Shown in pieces: positions 1-10,137 of a DNA stretch of 64,000 nucleotides. Under the pieces are notes generated by a model that was not told the DNA's origin, ran no database searches, and saw nothing but the letters and a program-made list of their open reading frames with translations. The position numbers and the translations under genes were made by a program. The DNA is from Lingula anatina (Eukaryota; Animalia; Brachiopoda), in contig CM120642.1 of NCBI GenBank assembly GCA_051362555.1, positions 11,222,001 through 11,286,000 on the forward strand, given 5' to 3'. Position 1 is the stretch's first letter; each line of letters starts with the position of its first letter.

Positions 1-1280
1 AGCTTCGTTAGAAAGCGGTATATCAAATGCAAACTTTCTGCCTTGTCATGAAGAGGGCCAGTTTGGATGCACATGTAAATGTCCGAAATTACAATCGATA
101 GCCCTTGGGCCGTAAAAAATGAATTTCATCACGCACAACGCCTTTCCGCGAACATCGTATTATCATTGAACGTTTAAGTAGATGATGTACACGAGACTTT
201 GGTTGAGAAGCCGACACGGAGCGTTCCGAGATAGATTCTTTTTTTTCTTTCTTACTATGACTTTGTTTTGAGCTGAGATTTAGTTTGGTATCACGTATGA
301 CGTTAAAAAGCACAGGGGAGCGATTTTAGCTTTAGCGAGGCCCTGAAAAGAGGGAATCATTAAAAAACGTTCAAATGTGTTAAAGCTGGTGCGTTTTCCT
401 TTCAAGCAATTGCAACCATGTGAATTTTGACAAAGACAACATATTTGGCGACAATTCCGCCGAGAGGATACTTTCCTTTTTCTGCTGAACGCGGTTTACA
501 GGCGGTAAGACGTGGTGTCAAAGCGGGAAAGCTACCGAAACAATATCAAGTTTGGTCGCTTTTATTGATAAGACTGCTCGGAACGTAACTAGCCAGATGG
601 TTTTGAAGCTTTTATTTTCATTTTGGTTTACAGTGAGATTACGTCTGACTTCACCTTTGAAGTTATCGAGCACGACGAGAGCTAAAGCGGTTCACAGTTG
701 GTCAGCTTTGGATTTGAGTAGTCTTTGCCATTTCTAATGGCCATTGTGGAGTTGCCCTGGGTACTGTAAGACAATATGAACAGTCTTGAGAAGCAAGGCC
801 CTAGAGGAAGGGATGACATTTAAAAACACAACAAAATGTAACATTGGGTAAAGCAAAAGCGGTGACGTGATTTTCGAAAAAAATAAAAATAAACAAAATA
901 AATTATTTTGCTGATAATCCCACCGAGAAGACAGCACTCTGAGATGAAAGGGCAGTATGACGTGCGTGGCACCATGGCGGGTTAGCTATACTGACTCAAT
1001 TCAAGTTTGATCTGTTGCGTAGCTGGTAAAGGATAGAGATCAAAGACCATCCCCGCCTAAGCATCATTTTAAGAACCTTTAAATGAAGAGTAAGAAAGTG
1101 TTATCGACGAGGCAGACATTATGATAACGACCAGCAAAAGTTGTTGCAAAATCGATCACTGATCCGAAACTTTACCGGCTTTTTATGCAAAAGGTAATTT
1201 GCCGGGACCGACGAGTGCCTGCATTCGTATTCGCGCCTTTCCCATCACGTGACCAGGTCGTATCCGAGGGGAAGGTGACA

Positions 1281-1389
1281 TGCCTCATCCGGGATTCGAA
1301 CTCGTGACTACTCGTGACTCGTTACCATGATGGATGATTGGTTTGATTTTTTTTAACAGCCTTGCATGCTACCGATTGCGCCGTGAGTG
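1281..1389 (-). pseudogene. Degenerate tRNA-like element resembling tRNA-Asn(GTT), with an insertion after the anticodon; copies at 2838-2946, 4395-4503 and 5952-6060
   Basis: Minus strand CACTCACGGCGCAATCGGTAGCATGCAAGGCTGTTAA...CACGAGTTCGAATCCCGGATGAGGCA. The A box and anticodon loop resemble eukaryotic tRNA-Asn (GGCGCAATCGG..GGCTGTTAA) and there is a B box GTTCGAATCC. Stems are mispaired and a short GTCACGAG duplication is present. Confidence 0.55.
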
Positions 1390-1465
1390 ACCCGCCCACC
1401 CTCCGTGGATACGAGTTTCCTCTTATAGTAACCAAAGAAAATTTTTAGAAATGATTTCCAGCAAC

Positions 1466-1560
1466 AAAAGATTGTGCTGGACGTTGTAGAATTCGAACCC
1501 AGGAAGGTGTCTAACTAGCTGTGTTCCAGTCAGCGAAGTTACCACGGAACCGAGGCAGCT
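1466..1560 (-). ncRNA. Candidate vault-RNA-like Pol III RNA, 95 nt (copy 1)
   Basis: Minus strand reads AGCTGCCTCGGTTCCGTGGTAACTTCG...CCTGGGTTCGAATTCTACAACGTCCAGCACAATCTTTT. It has an A-box-like start ending in ACTTCG, a B box GGTTCGAATTC and a T4 terminator. GCUG pairs with CAGC and GUGGUAACUUCG pairs with CGAAUUCUAC, as in the vault RNA panhandle. Confidence 0.55.
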
Positions 1561-3022
1561 TCGTTAGAAACCAGTATATCAAATGCAAACTTTCTGCCTT
1601 GTCATGAAGAGGGCCAGTTTGGATGCACATGTAAATGTCCGAAATTACAATCGATAGCCCTTGGGCCGTAAAAAATGAATTTCATCACGCACAACGCCTT
1701 TCCGCGAACATCGTATTATCATTGAACGTTTAAGTAGATGATGTACACGAGACTTTGGTTGAGAAGCCGACACGGAGCGTTCCGAGATAGATTCTTTTTT
1801 TTTCTTTCTTACTATGACTTTGTTTTGAGCTGAGATTTAGTTTGGTATCACGTATGACGTTAAAAAGCACAGGGGAGCGATTTTAGCTTTAGCGAGGCCC
1901 TGAAAAGAGGGAATCATTAAAAAACGTTCAAATGTGTTAAAGCTGGTGCGTTTTCCTTTCAAGCAATTGCAACCATGTGAATTTTGACAAAGACAACATA
2001 TTTGGCGACAATTCCGCCGAGAGGATACTTTCCTTTTTCTGCTGAACGCGGTTTACAGGCGGTAAGACGTGGTGTCAAAGCGGGAAAGCTACCGAAACAA
2101 TATCAAGTTTGGTCGCTTTTATTGATAAGACTGCTCGGAACGTAACTAGCCAGATGGTTTTGAAGCTTTTATTTTCATTTTGGTTTACAGTGAGATTACG
2201 TCTGACTTCACCTTTGAAGTTATCGAGCACGACGAGAGCTAAAGCGGTTCACAGTTGGTCAGCTTTGGATTTGAGTAGTCTTTGCCATTTCTAATGGCCA
2301 TTGTGGAGTTGCCCTGGGTACTGTAAGACAATATGAACAGTCTTGAGAAGCAAGGCCCTAGAGGAAGGGATGACATTTAAAAACACAACAAAATGTAACA
2401 TTGGGTAAAGCAAAAGCGGTGACGTGATTTTCGAAAAAAATAAAAATAAACAAAATAAATTATTTTGCTGATAATCCCACCGAGAAGACAGCACTCTGAG
2501 ATGAAAGGGCAGTATGACGTGCGTGGCACCATGGCGGGTTAGCTATACTGACTCAATTCAAGTTTGATCTGTTGCGTAGCTGGTAAAGGATAGAGATCAA
2601 AGACCATCCCCGCCTAAGCATCATTTTAAGAACCTTTAAATGAAGAGTAAGAAAGTGTTATCGACGAGGCAGACATTATGATAACGACCAGCAAAAGTTG
2701 TTGCAAAATCGATCACTGATCCGAAACTTTACCGGCTTTTTATGCAAAAGGTAATTTGCCGGGACCGACGAGTGCCTGCATTCGTATTCGCGCCTTTCCC
2801 ATCACGTGACCAGGTCGTATCCGAGGGGAAGGTGACATGCCTCATCCGGGATTCGAACTCGTGACTACTCGTGACTCGTTACCATGATGGATGATTGGTT
2901 TGATTTTTTTTAACAGCCTTGCATGCTACCGATTGCGCCGTGAGTGACCCGCCCACCCTCCGTGGATACGAGTTTCCTCTTATAGTAACCAAAGAAAATT
3001 TTTAGAAATGATTTCCAGCAAC

Positions 3023-3117
3023 AAAAGATTGTGCTGGACGTTGTAGAATTCGAACCCAGGAAGGTGTCTAACTAGCTGTGTTCCAGTCAGCGAAGTTACC
3101 ACGGAACCGAGGCAGCT
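3023..3117 (-). ncRNA. Candidate vault-RNA-like Pol III RNA (copy 2)
   Basis: Identical to 1466-1560, offset by 1557. Confidence 0.55.
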
Positions 3118-4579
3118 TCGTTAGAAACCAGTATATCAAATGCAAACTTTCTGCCTTGTCATGAAGAGGGCCAGTTTGGATGCACATGTAAATGTCCGAA
3201 ATTACAATCGATAGCCCTTGGGCCGTAAAAAATGAATTTCATCACGCACAACGCCTTTCCGCGAACATCGTATTATCATTGAACGTTTAAGTAGATGATG
3301 TACACGAGACTTTGGTTGAGAAGCCGACACGGAGCGTTCCGAGATAGATTCTTTTTTTTTCTTTCTTACTATGACTTTGTTTTGAGCTGAGATTTAGTTT
3401 GGTATCACGTATGACGTTAAAAAGCACAGGGGAGCGATTTTAGCTTTAGCGAGGCCCTGAAAAGAGGGAATCATTAAAAAACGTTCAAATGTGTTAAAGC
3501 TGGTGCGTTTTCCTTTCAAGCAATTGCAACCATGTGAATTTTGACAAAGACAACATATTTGGCGACAATTCCGCCGAGAGGATACTTTCCTTTTTCTGCT
3601 GAACGCGGTTTACAGGCGGTAAGACGTGGTGTCAAAGCGGGAAAGCTACCGAAACAATATCAAGTTTGGTCGCTTTTATTGATAAGACTGCTCGGAACGT
3701 AACTAGCCAGATGGTTTTGAAGCTTTTATTTTCATTTTGGTTTACAGTGAGATTACGTCTGACTTCACCTTTGAAGTTATCGAGCACGACGAGAGCTAAA
3801 GCGGTTCACAGTTGGTCAGCTTTGGATTTGAGTAGTCTTTGCCATTTCTAATGGCCATTGTGGAGTTGCCCTGGGTACTGTAAGACAATATGAACAGTCT
3901 TGAGAAGCAAGGCCCTAGAGGAAGGGATGACATTTAAAAACACAACAAAATGTAACATTGGGTAAAGCAAAAGCGGTGACGTGATTTTCGAAAAAAATAA
4001 AAATAAACAAAATAAATTATTTTGCTGATAATCCCACCGAGAAGACAGCACTCTGAGATGAAAGGGCAGTATGACGTGCGTGGCACCATGGCGGGTTAGC
4101 TATACTGACTCAATTCAAGTTTGATCTGTTGCGTAGCTGGTAAAGGATAGAGATCAAAGACCATCCCCGCCTAAGCATCATTTTAAGAACCTTTAAATGA
4201 AGAGTAAGAAAGTGTTATCGACGAGGCAGACATTATGATAACGACCAGCAAAAGTTGTTGCAAAATCGATCACTGATCCGAAACTTTACCGGCTTTTTAT
4301 GCAAAAGGTAATTTGCCGGGACCGACGAGTGCCTGCATTCGTATTCGCGCCTTTCCCATCACGTGACCAGGTCGTATCCGAGGGGAAGGTGACATGCCTC
4401 ATCCGGGATTCGAACTCGTGACTACTCGTGACTCGTTACCATGGTGGATGATTGGTTTGATTTTTTTTAACAGCCTTGCATGCTACCGATTGCGCCGTGA
4501 GTGACCCGCCCACCCTCCGTGGATACGAGTTTCCTCTTATAGTAACCAAAGAAAATTTTTAGAAATGATTTCCAGCAAC

Positions 4580-4674
4580 AAAAGATTGTGCTGGACGTTG
4601 TAGAATTCGAACCCAGGAAGGTGTCTAACTAGCTGTGTTCCAGTCAGCGAAGTTACCACGGAACCGAGGCAGCT
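4580..4674 (-). ncRNA. Candidate vault-RNA-like Pol III RNA (copy 3)
   Basis: Identical to 1466-1560. Confidence 0.55.
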
Positions 4675-6136
4675 TCGTTAGAAAGCAGTATATCAAATGC
4701 AAACTTTCTGCCTTGTCATGAAGAGGGCCAGTTTGGATGCACATGTAAATGTCCGAAATTACAATCGATAGCCCTTGGGCCGTAAAAAATGAATTTCATC
4801 ACGCACAACGCCTTTCCGCGAACATCGTATTATCATTGAACGTTTAAGTAGATGATGTACACGAGACTTTGGTTGAGAAGCCGACACGGAGCGTTCCGAG
4901 ATAGATTCTTTTTTTTTCTTTCTTACTATGACTTTGTTTTGAGCTGAGATTTAGTTTGGTATCACGTTTGACGTTAAAAAGCACCGGGGAGCGATTTTAG
5001 CTTTAGCGAGGCCCTGAAAAGAGGGAATCATTAAAAAACGTTCAAATGTGTTAAAGCTGGTGCGTTTTCCTTTTAAGCAATTGCAACCATGTGAATTTTG
5101 ACAAAGACAACATATTTGGCGACAATTCCGCCGAGAGGATACTTTCCTTTTTCTGCTGAACGCGGTTTACAGGCGGTAAGACGTGGTGTCAAAGCGGGAA
5201 AGCTACCGAAACAATATCAAGTTTGGTCGCTTTTATTGATAAGACTGCTCGGAACGTAACTAGCCAGATGGTTTTGAAGCTTTTATTTTCATTTTGGTTT
5301 ACAGTGAGATTACGTCTGACTTCACCTTTGAAGTTATCGAGCACGACGAGAGCTAAAGCGGTTCACAGTTGGTCAGTTTTGGATTTGAGTAGTCTTTGCC
5401 ATTTCTAATGGCCATTGTGGAGTTGCCCTGGGTACTGTAAGACAATATGAACAGTCTTGAGAAGCAAGGCCCTAGAGGAAGGGATGACATTTAAAAACAC
5501 AACAAAATGTAACATTGGGTAAAGCAAAAGCGGTGACGTGATTTTCGAAAAAAATAAAAATAAACAAAATAAATTATTTTGCTGATAATCCCACCGAGAA
5601 GACAGCACTCTGAGATGAAAGGGCAGTATGACGTGCGTGGCACCTTGGCGGGTTAGCTATACTGACTCAATTCAAGTTTGATCTGTTGCGTAGCTGGTTA
5701 AGGATAGAGATCAAAGACCATCCCCGCCTAAGCATCATTTTAAGAACCTTTAAATGAAGAGTAAGAAAGTGTTATCGACGAGGCAGACATTATGATAACG
5801 ACCAGCAAAAGTTGTTGCAAAATCGATCACTGATCCGAAACTTTACCGGCTTTTTATGCAAAAGGTAATTTGCCGGGACCGACGAGTGCCTGCATTCGTA
5901 TTCGCGCCTTTTCCATCACGTGACCAGGTCGTATCCGAGGGGAAGGTGACATGCCTCATTCGGGATTCGAACTCGTGACTACTCGTGACTCGTTACCATG
6001 GTGGATGATTGGTTTGATTTTTTTTAACAGCCTTGCACGCTACCGATTGCGCCGTGAGTGACCCACCCACCCTCCGTGGATACGAGTTTCCTCTTATAGT
6101 AACCAAAGAAAATTTTTAGAAATGATTTCCAGCAAC

Positions 6137-6231
6137 AAAAGATTGTGCTGGACGTTGTAGAATTCGAACCCAGGAAGGTGTCTAACTAGCTGTGTTCCAG
6201 TCAGCGAAGTTACCACGGAACCGAGGCAGCT
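6137..6231 (-). ncRNA. Candidate vault-RNA-like Pol III RNA (copy 4)
   Basis: Identical to 1466-1560 even though the surrounding unit carries about ten SNPs. Confidence 0.55.
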
Positions 6232-7145
6232 TCATTAGAAAGCAGTATATCAAATGCAAACTTTCTGCCTTGTCATGAAGAGGGCCAGTTTGGATGCACA
6301 TGTAAATGTCCGAAATTACAATCGATAGCCCTTGGGCCGTAAAAAATGAATTTCATCACGCACAACGCCTTTCCGCGAACATCGTATTATCATTGAACGT
6401 TTAAGTAGATGATGTACACGAGACTTTGGTTGAGAAGCCGACACGGAGCGTTCCGAGATAGATTCTTTTTTTTCTTTCTTACTATGACTTTGTTTTGAGC
6501 TGAGATTTAGTTTGGTATCACGTATGACGTTAAAAAGCACCGGGGAGCGATTTTAGCTTTAGCGAGGCCCTGAAAAGAGGGAATCATTAAAAAACGTTCA
6601 AATGTGTTAAAGCTGGTGCGTTTTCCTTTCAAGCAATTGCAACCATGTGAATTTTGACAAAGACAACATATTTGGTGACAATTCCGCCGAGAGGACACTT
6701 TCTTTTTCATTAGCCAGAGTGTTTGAACTGAGTGTTTTTTTAATGAGTTATATACATTGCTTTGACGGACCGAAGGTTGCATTGTTCAATTTCCTTTAAT
6801 TTGTTCAGAGGTTTAATGTTTTGAAGTTGAACGGCAACTGCTATTACGGGATGGTTTCTACTGACTGATTTTGCATCATTTTCTTATTTTCACAAAACGT
6901 AGGCATTTTCTGAATTTTGCAAGACAATATACCATCCAACCAATCAGCCACCAAAGCGAGGAACACTCCGACTAATGAACCTTTGGACAGCCGAGACAAA
7001 TCTTCCACTTACCATTTCTTCCTTCATCCCCCCCCCCCCCCCCCCCCCAATAATCTCAGTTTGAATTTGTTTGGAAACAAAAATGCTGACGAATATTAGC
7101 CACGTAAATGGATTTTTTTCAATTATCTATTTTTTTCATACTCAG

Positions 7146-9037
7146 GTATATTTTTCCACGCGACGAGGGTTTTGGGTGACATTTAAATCAGACAAGAAGG
7201 GGTTTCCTTGGGATATCAACCAACTGCGGAGGCTTCCTCAGTTTTTTCTGAGCTTTCTCCCTTACTCTTGGAAGTGAGTTCTTCGTTTTATACACCAGAG
7301 GCAGTTCGAAGATTTTTCTTGAGAAATATTCATCAATCGACAAGTTTTCCTTAAGTTAGGCCAATTACTGAAACTACATATTTATTTAAAAACGAAATTG
7401 TTAAAATCGTACCCTTTCTACATAGATATCTAACCTAATGCAGTTAAATTAGAAAATAAGTTTTCAACGCTTTTCATACGGTTAAGACATATAATTATCA
7501 TCTCTCACCTATGCGTTTCAGATGTACCATGGCAGAAAACGCAATCAACGAGCGGTTTGACCACGAAACATTTGGACTGAAACCGAAGCATCGTATTTTC
7601 AGTCAACACGGTACCGCTAACGACGAGCTCCCAATCCGAGTCTTGAGCGGCACGGTGGCCATTAAACCAAACGTTGTCGGTTACACAAAAACTGGCGTCA
7701 AATTCGAAGACGGAACCGTAGAGGACAACATTGACCTGGTGGTTCTTGCGACGGGGTATAACTTCGGTTTCCCTTACGTTGATGAGTCTGTCATCACAGT
7801 GAAGGATAACAAGCTCGACTTGTACGAGTATGTCTGGCCGCTGATATCTAAGCCCACCATAGCATTCATCGGCTGCGTTCAACCGATAGGGGCGCTGTTT
7901 CCTATAGCTGAGCTTCAATGCCGCTGGGCGACTCGCGTTTTTAAGGTGGGTTTGAATTAATTCGTAATTTGGAACTAATTTGAAGATGTTGTCTTACCTC
8001 AATTTCTTTTATTCTTGATAAGAAAAAAATGTACTGAACTCGCAAATCTGTTTCTACCATACTTCTGCTGTTCTTTAAGAATGAATATTTTGAAAAAAAA
8101 ATTAATCTTTTTTTTTTTTTTTTTTTTTTGTAATTTGACATAGTGAAAAAAATATAATAAAAACAAAATTCGAAATTTTCATGTTGAATGAATGTTTCAA
8201 GTTGAATTTAAAATATTGGATATTAAAATAGAATGTAAAAATATTTCAGACACACAGCCCTGGTTGAGTTTAATATCCATGTAAAACAAACGACATGTCG
8301 TATTCCAGGGTCTAATCAAATTACCCGATAAGGAGGTCATGGAGGCGGACATGACGGCAAAGCGTGACGCGATGGCGAAACGTTACGTCCAGAGTCAGCG
8401 TCACACTATCCAGGTGGACTGGGTGCCCTACATGGACGAACTCGCTACACACGTTGGCTGCAAGCCCAACTTACGTAAATAGCCATTTCAACCGCCTGAA
8501 AAAAGGCCATCTGTCTTAATAAAAAAGTGTAGAATCAAGAGTATTACTGCTCACATTGTATTGTTGTGCTTTTATATATTTTATTAAATTGTATATCCAC
8601 AGGTTTTCAGAACATCAATTTTTTAAAGAACAAACCTTTTATATAAATGACTATATAACTTGATAGTTTGAACAACACGGGACTGCTATGAAATTTTTCG
8701 TGAAAAATAGAAGTATTTCAGACAGAATATTTGGATAGGTGTGTAAGCACAAACTTAAACTTGAATTTTTTTTTCAGTGAAACTTTTCCTGACCGACCCT
8801 GTCTTGGCCTGGGCGGTTCTCACGGGGCCATGCGCGCCGTACCAGTATCGCCTGATGGGTCCTAAGCCCTGGAAAGGGGCGCGGGAGGCAGTCTTGACCA
8901 CCATGGAGCGCGTGCTGTACCCCCTTCGAACCAGAAAAGCCTATACAGGCTCCAGTGCCTCGGGCCCGGGGTTCCTCACAATGCTGGTGATATTCATCGT
9001 CATAGTCGCAGTTCTCTTGAAGGTGTTTTTTGGATGA
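7146..9037 (+). CDS. Flavin-containing monooxygenase (FMO5-like), last four coding exons: 7146-7273, 7522-7945, 8309-8474, 8778-9037. The 5' exons are not in the window.
   Basis: Motifs [79 protein letters not shown] and [18 protein letters not shown], with a C-terminal hydrophobic anchor. GT-AG junctions keep frame; AATAAA at 9544. Confidence 0.95.
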
Positions 9038-9606
9038 GGCAGGTGTTTGATGATGTCGATTGTAGAAACGTAGATTGTAGAAACGTAGATTTGAAAATTT
9101 CGATATATTTGATACTTTTACACAAATCAGCTCTTTACGGGCCTCATGAGCCTCAATGAAAAATATTTCGGGCGACGGAGCATTCTACTACTTAGCACTA
9201 AAAATTGTTTCGTCGTTTATGTATACCAAGCTACAGCCCAAAATAACTCCGCAAGGCAGAAAATGAACAGTGATTTTTTGCATCAGCTTTTAGAAATAAA
9301 ACAGATCGACTTTTCACAGAATATTCACAAATACGTCTTTAAATAAATAGGCGGTCAATTTAATATCTCTGAAATTTTCCGTTTTTCCCTATATAATCTG
9401 CCACCCTGGTAGAGGGTAACAATTTAAGATGTACATATCATAAATGAAGTACTCATATTTCCTATGTCAGTATGGGGTTCTTATGCCGTAATTCAGTTAT
9501 TGGTAACATAATAATAATACTCTTATATTGCATTTTAACAAACAATAAAATTGAAACCACTTCTTTTAGCGTGTTGCTTTTTTGTTAAATTTTGGTTGGT
9601 TTCTTA

Positions 9607-9821
9607 CACCCCATTCTCATAGATTAGATCGACCTACATTGGATCGACCTAACTCCCTGGGGGTTCACGCTAAATAGCTGTCAGCCGGGCGGACACGAAA
9701 GTTAATTACCCCTTAAAGCTTGTAGTAGGCGGGGACGGACACTTAAGGGGGATTATCTGACAGTAATCTAGTGAGACTCCCCGCGGTGATAGATCGATCT
9801 AAAAGTTGTGAGAACAGAGCC
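9607..9821. mobile_element. PIF/Harbinger-like MITE (TTA target-site duplication)
   Basis: Imperfect TIRs (cccattctcatagattagatcga / tcgatctaaaagttgtgagaacag) flanked by TTA on both sides; a related copy lies at 49900-50123. Confidence 0.75.
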
Positions 9822-10137
9822 TTAAAGTCTCATTATCTTCCTCTCTACATGTACTACAAAATGATTAATCACTCTACATTATTACGGAAGAGAGTGGTAA
9901 ATAAGAAAAAACTAAAAAACACGTCAACTTGTTCAGAGCTCTCTATTGCAGCTAAAACAATTTATTGACTTCTGGTTAACCATACTAGTCACATTTTACA
10001 CAAAATTAATGCATAATAGGCCTTTTCCACGTGGCGATGGACACAATGCACATTGTGTTGAGACATCCAAGTCACAATGAGTCACGCCTAACAAATTTTT
10101 TTTTTTTACAATTTATCCCACATTTAGTTTCACAGGA

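Larger units (their letters stand above)
1..6708. repeat. Tandem array of a ~1557-bp unit: four full units starting at 1, 1557, 3114 and 4671, plus a ~480-bp partial unit from 6228. Continues off the left edge.
   Basis: Matching ORFs recur at 552/2109/3666/5223 (period 1557). Units differ by only a few SNPs and one T-run length; the unit next to the right edge is the most diverged. Confidence 0.99.

Noticed and set aside
610-700. Exon-like segment in the repeat unit (acceptor ttttggtttacag, EITSDFTFEVIEHDES-stop)
   Set aside because: No similarity to the missing FMO exons and no partner exons; cannot be supported.
1471-1560. Functional tRNA-Ser(GGA) reading of the vault-like element
   Set aside because: A GCTG-ACTGGAACA-CAGC hairpin mimics an anticodon arm, but the D stem, T stem and 7-bp acceptor stem do not pair properly and GGA is not a normal eukaryotic Ser anticodon. 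A tRNA-derived origin is not excluded.
1-6708. CRISPR array, rDNA/5S, histone or spliceosomal snRNA repeat
   Set aside because: No repeat-spacer structure, and no recognisable 5S, U1/U2/U4/U5/U6 or histone sequence on either strand.
89-6782. Short ORFs (61-91 aa) repeated in the tandem array
   Set aside because: Non-ATG starts, no recognisable domains, and one is broken by T-run length variation between units. They recur only because the DNA is repeated.
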